Below, piece by piece: positions 19,537 through 30,074 of a stretch of DNA of 64,000 nt (the first letter of the stretch is position 1; each line of letters starts with the position of its first letter). A program made the translations under genes and the position numbers. Under the pieces are notes generated by a model. That model worked only from the letters and a program-made list of their open reading frames with translations. It was not told the origin of the DNA and ran no database searches. The stretch spans positions 19,768 to 83,767 of the forward strand of contig JBGAGQ010000023.1 in NCBI GenBank assembly GCA_044226625.1, read 5' to 3'. The DNA comes from Thermoanaerobaculia bacterium (GTDB taxonomy: Bacteria; Acidobacteriota; Thermoanaerobaculia; Multivoradales; UBA5704).

Positions 19537-22089
19537 CTATTCGTAGCGCAGCGCCTGCACCGGGTTGACCCGGGTCGCCCGCGCGCCCGGCACTGCGCCG
19601 GCCAGGACCGCGACCGCGAGCAGCACGGCGGTCGCGACGGCGATCGTCGCGGGGTCGGTCGCCGTGAGCCCGTAGAGTCGGCTCTCGACCGCCCGCGTCG
19701 CGGCGAGCGCGGCGGGGAGGCCGATCGCGGTGCCGGCGACCGCGAGGATCAGCGTCTCGCGGAGGACCATCCACAAGACCTTGCCGCGCTGCGCGCCGAG
19801 CGCCATGCGCAACCCGAGCTCGTGGGTGCGCCGCGCGATCGTGTAGGAGATCACGCCGTAGAGGCCGATCGCGGCGAGGCTAAGGCCCAGCAAGCCGAAG
19901 ATCGACGAGAGGCGGGCGATCAGTCGCTCGGCCTCGACCTGCGACCCGAGGGACGTCGACAGCGGATCGAGATCCTCGATGGGGACGTCGGGGTACGCCG
20001 CGAGGAGTGCCTTCTTGACCGGTTCCTTGAGCGCGGCCGGTTTCGCGCCGCGGATCTCCAGGTTGAGTCGCGACGGCGGGCGTTCTCCTTGGAGGATCGA
20101 GCTGAAGAACCGAGGCGGAACGTCGCCCCGCAGCTCGTGATCGCGGGAGTTGGCCGCGACCCCTACGATCTCGTAAACGCGTTCGGGGGCGTTGTTTTCG
20201 TCCAGAACCGAGATGTGCCGGCCGATCGGGTTCTGCCCCTTGAAATAAGTTTCGACGAGCGCCCGGTTGACGACGGCGACGCGCGCACCGCCCTGGCGGT
20301 CGGTCTCCGAAATGTCGCGGCCGGCCTGAAGCGGAATGCCCACGACTTTGAAATAGCCCGGGGCGACTTCGTCCGAGTTGACGTCGGGGAAGCCGTCCGC
20401 GGCGGGCGCGAATCCTTCCAGGCTTACGGTCTGCGACGACTCGGTTCCGCTGAACAGTCCGTTTTCCGACGCGGTGACCGCGGTGACGCCGGGGATCGCT
20501 CGGATCCGCTCGAACAGGTCACGCTGGTAGGTCTCGAACCGTTCGAGCGTGATCCCGCCGCCGACCGGATCGAGACCCGCCATCAAGATCCCTTCGCGTT
20601 CGTAGCCGAGATCGAGCCGCTCGAGGTTCGAGAGCGTCCGCACGAAGAGGCCGGCTCCCACCAGCAGCAGGAGCGACAGCGCGAACTGGGCGACCACCAG
20701 GAGCTTGCCGAGCGGCCAACGGTTGCCCGAAGCGCCCGCGAGGGAACGCGAGCTCTCCTTGAGCGTCGGCGCGAGCTCGACGCGGGTGGCGGTAAGTGCC
20801 GGGGCGAGGCCGAACAGCACCGCCGAGATCAGCGCGAGAAGGGCGGTGAAACCGAGGACCGTCGGGTCGGGCCTTAGATCGAGCGCGCTCGCCGACCCGG
20901 CGACCAGACGAAGCAGAGCGACATCGGCCCAGTACGCGGAGGCGAGGCCGATCCCGCCGCCCAGGACCGAGAGGACGAAGCTTTCGGCGAGCAGCTGTCG
21001 GATCAGCCGGCCGCGCCCGGCGCCGAGCGCCAGGCGGACGCCGATCTCTTTCTTTCTTCCAGTCGCCCGTTCGAGCAGAAGGTTTGCGACGTTCGCCGAA
21101 GCGAGCAGGAGGACGACACCAACGATCGCCAGCAGGGTGAAGAGCGAGCGGCCGAACTGCGGCCGGAGGTAGGAGAACCCGCTGGCCCCGGGGGAAACCG
21201 GCACCTCGGCATGGAGCAGCTCGGGCGCGTCGGCCGCGGAGACGAGATCCGGCGGCTGCGCTGCGATCAAGCGATGGAAAATCCCCTGCATCTCGGCGCG
21301 AGCGGCGGACAGGGTGACCCCGTCGCGGGTTCGGCCGATCAAGAGGAGCCAGCTGATGTCCCAGTGGGTGCCGAACGAGCGCCCCGGGTTTACCTGCTCT
21401 TGCATCGAAAGCGGAATCCAGATCTCCGTCGGGGTGCCGACGATCTCGCCGGTGAATCCCGGCCGGGCGATGCCGACAATCGAGAAAGGCGAGCCGTTGA
21501 GGGTGATCTTCCGTCCGATCGCATGCGGGTCGGATTCGAGCCGTTTGGTCCAGTAGCCGTGGCTCACCACGACGTACGGCGATGCGCCGGGGGCTTGATC
21601 GTCCGCGTCGGAGAGCGTCCGCCCGCGAAACGCCGGAACGCCGAGAACCGAGAAGTAGTTGCCCGAAACCAGCCGGCCGCGCGCGTAGGCGGAGGCGTCG
21701 CTCGCATCGGCCGGGGCCGCGCCCTCATCGCTCGAAAGGCCGACCCGCAGCCGCCCCGCGCGTCCCGAGGCGAGCAGCCCCGAGAACGACCGGCTCTGGG
21801 CGCGTAGCTCTCGGTACATGGGCACCGAGAAGATGTCCTCCCGGAGGCTGCCGCTCGAAACCGACCCGACCATCGAGCCGTCGCCGACTACCACCAGCGA
21901 TCGGGGGTCCTCCACCGGCAGCGGGCGCAGGATCAACGCCGAGATCAGGCTGAAGATCGCCGTGTTCGCCCCGATCCCCAGCGCGAGGGAAAGCGCCGCG
22001 ATCAGCGTGAACCCGGGGCTCTTGCGCAGCGTGCGCAGTGCGTACCCGAAGTCCTGAACGGTCGTTTCGAGAAAAGAAGTCGAGGCCAT
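19537..22089 (-). CDS. ADOP-type duplicated ABC permease (MacB/FtsX domains)
   Basis: QDFGYALRTLRKSPGFT...LGIGANTAIFS; duplicated EIGVRLALGA / ELGLRMALGA; ends NPVQALRYE. Confidence 0.92.
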   Translation of the reverse strand: MASTSFLETTVQDFGYALRTLRKSPGFTLIAALSLALGIGANTAIFSLISALILRPLPVEDPRSLVVVGDGSMVGSVSSGSLREDIFSVPMYRELRAQSRSFSGLLASGRAGRLRVGLSSDEGAAPADASDASAYARGRLVSGNYFSVLGVPAFRGRTLSDADDQAPGASPYVVVSHGYWTKRLESDPHAIGRKITLNGSPFSIVGIARPGFTGEIVGTPTEIWIPLSMQEQVNPGRSFGTHWDISWLLLIGRTRDGVTLSAARAEMQGIFHRLIAAQPPDLVSAADAPELLHAEVPVSPGASGFSYLRPQFGRSLFTLLAIVGVVLLLASANVANLLLERATGRKKEIGVRLALGAGRGRLIRQLLAESFVLSVLGGGIGLASAYWADVALLRLVAGSASALDLRPDPTVLGFTALLALISAVLFGLAPALTATRVELAPTLKESSRSLAGASGNRWPLGKLLVVAQFALSLLLLVGAGLFVRTLSNLERLDLGYEREGILMAGLDPVGGGITLERFETYQRDLFERIRAIPGVTAVTASENGLFSGTESSQTVSLEGFAPAADGFPDVNSDEVAPGYFKVVGIPLQAGRDISETDRQGGARVAVVNRALVETYFKGQNPIGRHISVLDENNAPERVYEIVGVAANSRDHELRGDVPPRFFSSILQGERPPSRLNLEIRGAKPAALKEPVKKALLAAYPDVPIEDLDPLSTSLGSQVEAERLIARLSSIFGLLGLSLAAIGLYGVISYTIARRTHELGLRMALGAQRGKVLWMVLRETLILAVAGTAIGLPAALAATRAVESRLYGLTATDPATIAVATAVLLAVAVLAGAVPGARATRVNPVQALRYE

Positions 22090-22181
22090 GGCGGATGCTC
22101 TCCCTGACGAATCGGGTCAGGGAAGCATACGCAAGGGGAAGGGGGAGGTTTAGGAAGAGTCCCTGTACCCGACGTTTCTTC

Positions 22182-23945
22182 CTACATCTGACCGGTGATC
22201 CACCGTACGACGTTCTTCTCCAACAGGTCGAGCGGAACGGAGCCGCTTCCCAGGACGACGTCGTGGAAGGCGCGGACGTCGAACTTCGCGCCGAGCGCCT
22301 GTTCCGCTTTCCGGCGGAGGCTCTTGATCTGGATCTCGCCCAGCTTGTAGGAGAGCGCCTGCCCCGGCCAGGAGATGTAGCGGTCGGTCTCGGTCTCGCA
22401 CTCATGGAGCGGGAGGGCGGTGTGGCTCGCGAGGTAGTCGATCGACTGCTGCCGGGTCCAGCCCATGGCGTGGATTCCGGTGTCGACCACCAGGCGGCAG
22501 GCGCGCCACATCTCGTAGGTCAAGCGGCCGAAGTCGTCGTACGGATCGGTGTAGAAACCGGCTTCGACTCCGAGCCATTCGGAATAGAGCCCCCACCCTT
22601 CGCCGTAGGCCGAGATGTAAGAGTGGCGGCGGAAGTTCGGCAGGTTTTCCATCTCTTGGGAGAGCGCGCCCTGTAGATGGTGGCCGGGAACCGCCTCGTG
22701 GAGGGTCAACGCCGGCAGGTTGTAGAGCGGACGGCTCTCGAGCATGAAGGTGTTCACCCAATAGATACCCGGCTGGGTTCCGCCGTACGGGGCTCCGACG
22801 TAGCGACCGCTGGTGTATTTCGGCGCGAGGTGGTCGGGGACCGGCTGGACGGTGTAGGGGAGTCGCGGCAGCCGGCCGAACAGCGAGGGGAGCTTGCCGT
22901 CCATTCGCTTTGCGATCCAGGCGGCGCGCATCAGCAGCTCTTCCGGTGTCTTCGCGTAGAAGCGCGAATCGGTCCGTAGAAACTTGAGGAACGCGGGCAT
23001 GTCGCCGGTAAAGCCGGTCGATTTCATGACCCGCTCCATCTCCTGACCGATCCGCTCGACCTCGGCGAGGCCGATGCGGTGAATCTGCTCCGGCGAGAGG
23101 TCGAGCGTCGTGTACTTCCGGATCTGCTGTTGATAGTAGTCCGCGCCGCCGGGCATCTCCGAGGCGCCGAGGGTCGTACGGGCTTTCGGGTAGTACTCGT
23201 TCGAGTAGAACTCGAGGAAAGTCCGATAGCCCGAAACCGCGCGTTGCACCGCCGCCCGACCGCGCGCGAGAAGGCGCTCGCGTTCCGGTGCGGGGAAGGT
23301 TGCGGGCAGGTGGGCGAGCGGCGCCCAGAAGACGCTCTTCGTCGGATCTTCGACGACGTGCGCCGAGATCGTCTTCTCGTACCCGGCGAGCGTCGCCTTT
23401 GGTACCGTGAAGCCGCGCTCGAGCCCGTGCCGCATCAGGGCGATCCGCTGCATCACGATCGTTGGCCAGGCTTCGAGGCGCGAGAGGTAGTTGTCGTAGT
23501 CGCGCACGGAGCCGAGCGGTACCGAATCCGGCAGCTGGGCGAACTCGCTGTGGAAACCCGAGTCGGCGTTGAACGGCATCTCGTCGTCGTCGAGGTCGAG
23601 ATCGGCGAGCCGCGTCTCCAACTGACGGCGGAAGACCTGGGCGCTTGTCTGGTCGTCGGGCGAAAGCGTCGCGGTGTCGATCGCCTTCAGCTCGGTGAGA
23701 AATCCCTTCGTGGCTTCGGCCCGCCGCGCGAGGTCCTCGGGCGCGACGGTCGTCAATCGGTCGTCGTACTCGTGCCGTCCGACCGAGGTGGCGAGCTCCG
23801 GAAACTCCTTGATCCGCCATTCCCACTCGCGGTCGAAAAGCTCATGGAGGCGCGTCGTGGGGGCCGTCGCGTCCGCGGCGTAGGCCGAAAAGGGCGCGGT
23901 CAGAAGGCAGCCGAGGAACAGACCGAGAAGGGAACGTCGAGGCAT
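22182..23945 (-). CDS. DUF885 family secreted metallopeptidase-like protein
   Basis: LHEAVPGHHLQ, EGWGLYSE, PGQALSYKLG. Confidence 0.92.
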   Translation of the reverse strand: MPRRSLLGLFLGCLLTAPFSAYAADATAPTTRLHELFDREWEWRIKEFPELATSVGRHEYDDRLTTVAPEDLARRAEATKGFLTELKAIDTATLSPDDQTSAQVFRRQLETRLADLDLDDDEMPFNADSGFHSEFAQLPDSVPLGSVRDYDNYLSRLEAWPTIVMQRIALMRHGLERGFTVPKATLAGYEKTISAHVVEDPTKSVFWAPLAHLPATFPAPERERLLARGRAAVQRAVSGYRTFLEFYSNEYYPKARTTLGASEMPGGADYYQQQIRKYTTLDLSPEQIHRIGLAEVERIGQEMERVMKSTGFTGDMPAFLKFLRTDSRFYAKTPEELLMRAAWIAKRMDGKLPSLFGRLPRLPYTVQPVPDHLAPKYTSGRYVGAPYGGTQPGIYWVNTFMLESRPLYNLPALTLHEAVPGHHLQGALSQEMENLPNFRRHSYISAYGEGWGLYSEWLGVEAGFYTDPYDDFGRLTYEMWRACRLVVDTGIHAMGWTRQQSIDYLASHTALPLHECETETDRYISWPGQALSYKLGEIQIKSLRRKAEQALGAKFDVRAFHDVVLGSGSVPLDLLEKNVVRWITGQM

Positions 23946-24113
23946 CGCGAGGCTCTCCGGGAAGTGGGCTTTCCCGGAGACTATCGCGACGAAGGGTCGA
24001 GTGAATCAAGAGGGCGGGCGGCGAAGGAGCGCCCAAGGGGCGCGGGGGCTTCGGCCCCGTGGGCTCTCCCCGGGGCAGACGGCCGCCGGGGGGATGGGCT
24101 CGCGTCGATCGCT

Positions 24114-27080
24114 CTACTGCTGGACGATCTTCACCTCGTCGACGCCCGCCTCGACCAGGCTCGCCGTCGCGGCGTCGGCGGCCGAGATGAGGATGCGGAC
24201 CGTCTGGCCGGCAAACGACGAGATGTTCGCTGTGCCGATCGCCCAGACCGCATTGTCGCTGGTCGCCGCGCCGAGCTCCTGAAGGACCTGGGTGGTCGTG
24301 GCTCCGACCACCTGGACGCGGAAGAAGTCCGCCGAGGTCGAGTTCGTCGAATGCGAGAAGTAGTAGGAGAAGGTGAGCGTGAGCGTGCCCGTCGCGGGCA
24401 GTGCGATCGCCGGCGAGCGGATCGAAGTCGTGCCGCCGTCGATGTCGAACGCTCCGGCGGAGGTGCCGGCGAGCCGGCCGGTCGACAGGTCGTTCAGGCC
24501 GGAGACGGTGGTGCCCAACTGACGTGCGCCCGTGTCGGTCGTGGCCTCCGGATCGCCGCGCTCCCACTGCCCCGTGGTCGCCGTGTCGGCGCTGGACGGG
24601 TTCGTGGTCCACCCCTTGTTGGTCTCGAAGTCGTCGAAGAATACGGTGACCGGCCCGGTGCTCGCGACGATCGAGACGGAGTCCGTGGCGGAGGCGAGGC
24701 CGTCGCTCACCTGGAGTTGGAAGACGTAGGTTCCGGCGCTCGCGGCGACGAAGCTCGCCGTGGCCGAGGTCGGGTTGGTGATCGTCGCCGCCGGGCCGGA
24801 GAGCTGGCTCCAGGCGTAGGTGAGCGGGCTCGGCGAGGCGTCCGGATCGGACGAGCCGGTGCCGTTCAAGGTGACGGTGGCGTTCACACCGGCGTTCTGA
24901 TCGGGGCCGGCGTTCGCGATCGGCGTCTGATTGCCGCCGCTCTCGGTGGCGTTGCCGGTGACGACGAGCGCGAAGGGCTGCGTCCCCTGGGGCACGTTGA
25001 ACGCCTTGACGGTCACCGTGTAAGTGCCCGCCGCGGGGCTCGCGATCAGGACCTGCTCGAGCGTGTTCTTCCGATCGGCTGTGCCGCCGGTGGTCGAGGA
25101 GCCGCCCGAAAAGACGTTGCCGAGGTAGGTTCCCGAGGGGCCGGAGACGGTGAGGTCGAGGTCGTTGATCAGGTTCGTCGAGGCCGCCGGGGTCGAGGGA
25201 AAGTCGGTCCAGCCGAGCGTCACCTTGAGCGACTGTCCGGTCGCCACGGTGAACGTGTAGGTCTTGGTCGCGGTCGAGCCGGTGGCGAAGCCGGGATCGT
25301 CCTTCACCCAGAGCTTCCGCGCGTCGCCGGTGAAGAAGAGCGCGTCGTCGAGCAGCACCCGCCCCCACCCCTGGCAGTTCGCCGGGATGGCCGTCGTACC
25401 GGTCATGTTGACCGCGGAGTTGATCAGCATCGTCCGCACCAGCGCACCCGACGGGGTGAAGGCGTTGCCCGAGTTGGCGGCGCCGGAGGGATAGAAGCCG
25501 TCGGCGAAGTATTGGCGAGTGAGCGCCGCGAAGCCCGCCGCGCCCGGCGTCGCCATGCTGGTGCCGGACAGCGAGAGAGTGTTGCAGTTGTTGGTCGCCG
25601 TGTTGTTGTCGGCATTCGCCGAGATGATGCTCGATCCGGGGACCGTGATCTCCGGTTTCAGGCGGCCGTCCGTGGTGGGGCCGCAGCTCGAAAACGAAGC
25701 CATCGAGTTCGCTGAGGTGCTGCGTAGCGTGGCGCCGACGGAGATGACGCTCTTCGCTGTCGAGGGGCTACCGACCGAGCCGGTACCGGGGCCGGAGTTT
25801 CCGGCCGCGAACAGGATGACGAAATCCTTGTGATTCCAGAGGAACTCGTCGACGTCCTGGCTGCCGGCCGAGTAGTTGTTCTGGACCGTCGCGTTCTCGT
25901 TGTCGCCCCACGAGTTGGTGTGAATGCGCGCGCCCTGGTCGTAGGCCTGCTGGAACACCGGATTGAGGTCGACGATCGGGCAGCCGATGCCCGGCAGGTC
26001 GCCGCAGTTGTCGACCTGGTAGCCGGCGTCTTGGGCGATCAGCTTCGCGCCCGGCGCCATGCCGTCTGCCGTGTTGTGGGTGAGGAGGTTCGCGAAGTTG
26101 TCGCCGGTCGCGGTTCCCGCGACGTGCGTGCCGTGGTCCTGGGTGTCCCACTCGTTGCTCGCGATCCCGCCGTTGCACTCGGTCTGCCAAAGAAAGTCGA
26201 CCGCGATCACTTTGCGCTGCGCGGTGTCGACGACCGTTCCGCCGTTGCAGGCGTTGGTCGGCGGCAGACCGCGCGCCGGATCGCGGAAGAAGCACATGTC
26301 GGCGTCGAGGCCGGTGTCGAGCACGGCGATCGTCTGACCGACACCGAAAATCCCCTTGGAGAAGATCGGCGTCGTCATGCCGCCCGAGAGCCCGGACTGG
26401 CCGACCCAGACGGTCGTGTCGTTGAGCAGCGCGCGGCGCGGCTCGAGGTCGATCCAGAAGATCTGGGGAATCCGGGCGAGGTCTTCCCGGTAGGCGGCGA
26501 TCTCGGCGTTCGAAAGGAGCAGGCGGATGCGCGAGAAGTACGAGTTCGGCGAGGCGCCCGCGATCGCCTTGATCCCGAGGTTTCTGATCCGCTCGATCGT
26601 GTCGCGCAGGTCGACGTCTGGATAGACCTGCAGCATCAGCGAGCGGAACTTCGTCTCGCTCGCCTTCTCGAACAGGGGAGGCACGACCGAGGCGGCGTCG
26701 CGCGAGATCTTGTAGGCCGGCTGGTAGGGGCCGATCCAGCTCGCGCCGACCTCACGCGCGACCTCGGCGCTCGCACGCCCGGACGGAAGGCGGACGACGA
26801 ACGCGTTGTCCGGCAGATAGGCGAAGACGGACTGCGTCGCCGCGTCGAGCTTCGCGCGCTCTTCCGTGCTGACCGGACTAGGGAACTGGACCAACACGAC
26901 GTCGCCGTCGAGGCCGTCGCCCGGCTTTACCTGCAACGCGTCCGGAATCGCCGGGAGACGCTGGGTGTCGAGGAGAATCGAGTTGAGTCGGATCGCGGTC
27001 GAAGCGAAAGCCGCGTGCGAGACGGAGATAGCGCAACACAGGGCGAAGGCCGTGGCGGCGGCCCACCGGACGATCGACAT
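24114..27080 (-). CDS. S8 subtilisin-like protease (Kp43-like) with PKD-like and C-terminal beta-sandwich domains
   Basis: Catalytic triad LDTG / HGTHVAG / GTSMATP; ANAGPDQ PKD motif; FFDDFE domain. Confidence 0.92.
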   Translation of the reverse strand: MSIVRWAAATAFALCCAISVSHAAFASTAIRLNSILLDTQRLPAIPDALQVKPGDGLDGDVVLVQFPSPVSTEERAKLDAATQSVFAYLPDNAFVVRLPSGRASAEVAREVGASWIGPYQPAYKISRDAASVVPPLFEKASETKFRSLMLQVYPDVDLRDTIERIRNLGIKAIAGASPNSYFSRIRLLLSNAEIAAYREDLARIPQIFWIDLEPRRALLNDTTVWVGQSGLSGGMTTPIFSKGIFGVGQTIAVLDTGLDADMCFFRDPARGLPPTNACNGGTVVDTAQRKVIAVDFLWQTECNGGIASNEWDTQDHGTHVAGTATGDNFANLLTHNTADGMAPGAKLIAQDAGYQVDNCGDLPGIGCPIVDLNPVFQQAYDQGARIHTNSWGDNENATVQNNYSAGSQDVDEFLWNHKDFVILFAAGNSGPGTGSVGSPSTAKSVISVGATLRSTSANSMASFSSCGPTTDGRLKPEITVPGSSIISANADNNTATNNCNTLSLSGTSMATPGAAGFAALTRQYFADGFYPSGAANSGNAFTPSGALVRTMLINSAVNMTGTTAIPANCQGWGRVLLDDALFFTGDARKLWVKDDPGFATGSTATKTYTFTVATGQSLKVTLGWTDFPSTPAASTNLINDLDLTVSGPSGTYLGNVFSGGSSTTGGTADRKNTLEQVLIASPAAGTYTVTVKAFNVPQGTQPFALVVTGNATESGGNQTPIANAGPDQNAGVNATVTLNGTGSSDPDASPSPLTYAWSQLSGPAATITNPTSATASFVAASAGTYVFQLQVSDGLASATDSVSIVASTGPVTVFFDDFETNKGWTTNPSSADTATTGQWERGDPEATTDTGARQLGTTVSGLNDLSTGRLAGTSAGAFDIDGGTTSIRSPAIALPATGTLTLTFSYYFSHSTNSTSADFFRVQVVGATTTQVLQELGAATSDNAVWAIGTANISSFAGQTVRILISAADAATASLVEAGVDEVKIVQQ

Positions 27081-27179
27081 ACGAGATTCTCCCCTCCTGT
27101 TTGGAGCTTGCGAAAGCTGAGGGAGGGTACCACGAAGGCCGCCCCCTCCGGCCGTCGCGCAAGCGGCTTACGAACCGCC

Positions 27180-27482
27180 TCAGGCCGGCAGCCGGATCTT
27201 CCGCTTCTCCGGGTCGGACTGCTCCCGGTAGAGGATGAAGATGTGGCCGACCCGGCCGACCACTTGCGCGTCGAGCTCGCCCTCGAGATGGGCCGCGAGC
27301 TCGTCCTTTTCCTCCCGCGGAATCGCCGCCTGGACCTTGATCAGCTCATGGTCGGAAAGGGCGGCGTCGATCTGGGACAGCACCGCGGGCGAAGCGCCGT
27401 TCTTGCCGAGCCGAACGATCGGCTCGAGGGCATGGGCGAGGCCGCGAAGGTATTTGCGCTGGGAACCTTTGAGCTGGGGCAT
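27180..27482 (-). CDS. yhbY: YhbY/CRM RNA-binding protein
   Basis: RKYLRGLAHALEP...GKNG...HELIKV...GHIFILYR. Confidence 0.92.
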   Translation of the reverse strand: MPQLKGSQRKYLRGLAHALEPIVRLGKNGASPAVLSQIDAALSDHELIKVQAAIPREEKDELAAHLEGELDAQVVGRVGHIFILYREQSDPEKRKIRLPA

Positions 27483-27711
27483 GGCGTCGGATCTCGAGTG
27501 GGTAAAGAGTGTCTGCGAACGGCGAAGAAGCGCCAGGTTAGCACGCGGATTCGGGGGCCTGCCAAGGGCGAAGCGGGCGACCAGCGCCAGGGTTACAAGA
27601 ATCTGGAAGAGGTCCGAGCCGCGGAGCTGCGGGAGAGCTTGCTCGAGGTCTTCGCCGCGCGCGGGCTCGCGGTCGTCGATGCGGCACGTGCCGCCCGCGG
27701 CGGCGACGGCC

Positions 27712-28248
27712 CTACAGGATCAGCCGCTCGATCAGCGCCTTGGCGTCGCGCTCGACTGCGGCCATCGCTCGGTGCTCCGGGCGGACGAAACCCTCGGCGA
27801 CGAGGTGATCGAGGAATGCGAGCAACGGATCGAAGAAGCCTTCGAAGTTGAGCAAGCCGATCGGTTTCGCGTGGAAGCCGAGCTGCGCCCAGGTCCAGAT
27901 TTCGAACCATTCGTCGAGCGTGCCGAGGCCGCCGGGGAGTGCGGCGAAGGCGTCGGAGAGAGCGGCCATCCGCGCCTTGCGCTCGTGCATCGAATCGACC
28001 AGCTCCAGCTCGGTGAGGCCTCCGTGGGCGACCTCGAGGTCGGCGAGCGCCCGGGGGATCACGCCGATCACCCTCCCGCCGGCGGCGAGCGCCCCGTCCG
28101 CGGCCGCCCCCATCAGGCCGGTGCGGCCGCCGCCGTAGACCAGGCCGATCCCTCGGGAGGCCAGGATCGAACCGAAGGCTCGCGCGACGTCCATGTAGTC
28201 GGACGCCACCCGGGGGCTGGAACCGCAGAACAGGCAGATCCTCTTCAT
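27712..28248 (-). CDS. LOG family phosphoribohydrolase
   Basis: [23 protein letters not shown]. Confidence 0.92.
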   Translation of the reverse strand: MKRICLFCGSSPRVASDYMDVARAFGSILASRGIGLVYGGGRTGLMGAAADGALAAGGRVIGVIPRALADLEVAHGGLTELELVDSMHERKARMAALSDAFAALPGGLGTLDEWFEIWTWAQLGFHAKPIGLLNFEGFFDPLLAFLDHLVAEGFVRPEHRAMAAVERDAKALIERLIL

Positions 28249-28444
28249 CTCGCCCCTGTCATCTCGTCTTTTGGAATGCCCGTTCGGGCCCGAGATGAGA
28301 CCACTCGCGGAGGCGGTAAAAAGGCGGAGAAAAAAAATTCGAAAAACGTGTCACGCTAGAGGCACCTTGTCGCACTCATTCACCGACCCGAACGGGAATG
28401 GATTCTTGGGACCGGTCGTTCGACCGGTGTTCCGGAGGGATTCT

Positions 28445-29839
28445 GTGCGCAAAGTCGCGATCGTGGGGGCCGGTCAGGCGGGGCTTCAGCTCGGTTTCGG
28501 CCTTTTGTCAAAGGGCTATGACGTTACCCTGTACTCAGATCGTACCTCGCGAGAGGTCTTCGAGGGGCGGTGCACGGCGACTGCGTTCCTGTTTCACCAG
28601 GCCGTCGAGCACGAACGCGCGCTGGGCTTGAACTTCTGGGATGCCGAGGTCGAGGCGGGAGAAGGCGTTCACCTCGACTTTTGCCCGACGCCGGGCAACA
28701 TCCTAGTAACCGTCTCAGGCCGGTTTCGGCGTCCGGGGATGGCGATCGACCAGCGGCTCAAGTTCTCCCGTTGGATGGACGAGTTCGAGGCGCGCGGCGG
28801 ACGCCTGATCATCCAAGAGATGACGGTCGCCGACGTCGACGCGGTGGCCGCGCGCAATGACCTGGTAGTCGTGGCGACCGGTAAAGGGGAGCTCTCGGGT
28901 CTGTTCGACCGAGATGCGTTGCGCAGCTCCTATGCCCGGCCCGCACGGCGCCTGGCGCTCCTCACAGTGACGGGTCTCAAAGAGTGGAGCCACGTGCCGT
29001 TCCATCCGGCGAAGTTCACCCTGGTCGGGTCGGACGGCGAGATCTTCTGGATTCCGTTTCATGACAAGACCGCGGGCTCGTGTTGGAGCCTGGTATTCGA
29101 GGCGAAGGCCGGCTCGCGTTTCGACCGGTTCGGCGGCGTGCGCTCGGGAGAAGAGGCCATCGCCGCCGCCCGTGCGGTCGTTGCCGACGTCGCACCTTGG
29201 GAGCTGCACCGGCTGGACAACATCGAGCTGACCGATCCCAAGGCGTGGGCGATCGGCGCGATCACGCCGACCGTGCGTAAGCCGGTGGCGCTCCTGCCAT
29301 CGGGGCGCGTCGCCCTGGGGCTCGGCGACGCGGTCGTGTTGAACGATCCGATCGCCGCCCAAGGTGGGAACCATGCCGCCAAGGCGACGCACGCGTTGTT
29401 CCAGAAGATCCTCGAGCGGGAGGATCGTCCTCTCGACGGCGCCTGGATGGCAGCGACGTTCGAGGATTTCTGGCAGCGGGAAGCGCGCTACATGACTCGC
29501 TTCTCGAATCTCTTCCTGGAGCCGATCACCCCGCCCGCGCAGGAGATCCTGCTGGCCGCCTCTCTGGGTACGGCGGTCGCCGAGGATTTCTTCGAGGGGT
29601 TCAACGCGCCTCACACCCTCTGGCCCTGGATCGACGACCTACGCCTGGCGCGTCGACGTATCGCCGAGCGCACGGGCTTGCCCTGGATTGGCACCGCCGT
29701 AGCGTCGCGATTCTCGGTCTTGAAAGGTCAGGTCGGCCAGCGTCTTGGCAGTCGGCGGCCGGCCAAGCTTCCCGCGTTCGGCGGCATCGGCTCGACCCCG
29801 CTCGACCCCCGGCCGATGGCGGGCCCGTCCACCCAATAG
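28445..29839 (+). CDS. Styrene/indole monooxygenase (StyA-like) flavoprotein
   Basis: GTG after GGAGG; KVAIVGAGQAGLQLG, IDQRLK, GDAVVLNDPIAAQGGN. Confidence 0.82.
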   Translation: MRKVAIVGAGQAGLQLGFGLLSKGYDVTLYSDRTSREVFEGRCTATAFLFHQAVEHERALGLNFWDAEVEAGEGVHLDFCPTPGNILVTVSGRFRRPGMAIDQRLKFSRWMDEFEARGGRLIIQEMTVADVDAVAARNDLVVVATGKGELSGLFDRDALRSSYARPARRLALLTVTGLKEWSHVPFHPAKFTLVGSDGEIFWIPFHDKTAGSCWSLVFEAKAGSRFDRFGGVRSGEEAIAAARAVVADVAPWELHRLDNIELTDPKAWAIGAITPTVRKPVALLPSGRVALGLGDAVVLNDPIAAQGGNHAAKATHALFQKILEREDRPLDGAWMAATFEDFWQREARYMTRFSNLFLEPITPPAQEILLAASLGTAVAEDFFEGFNAPHTLWPWIDDLRLARRRIAERTGLPWIGTAVASRFSVLKGQVGQRLGSRRPAKLPAFGGIGSTPLDPRPMAGPSTQ

Positions 29840-30074
29840 ATACCTCGCGCCCGATCGCGTACGACGGGGTCGGACTGTCTCCGTCGTCCTCCGATTGGCG
29901 ATTTGGCCGCGGTTCGCTCGGCGGTGCCGTTCGGGCTGGGGCGACGATGCCGCTCGGGGTGCGGTGCCGAAGGCCCGGTAGCCTTCGCAGAATCGCTCGT
30001 CCGTTTTCCAGGTATGATTTACGCCTCAGAAGCTTAGGTTTGAAGGACGGCGAACCGCCAAGAGGAGAGTTGAA

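Noticed and set aside
9000-27080. Complete RiPP gene cluster using the ADOP permease, DUF885 and S8 protease
   Set aside because: No modifying enzyme is present, these genes are 10-18 kb away behind housekeeping genes, and they are common stand-alone families.
27483-27711. Possible small gene or ncRNA between yhbY and the LOG gene
   Set aside because: No convincing start/RBS or recognisable RNA structure.
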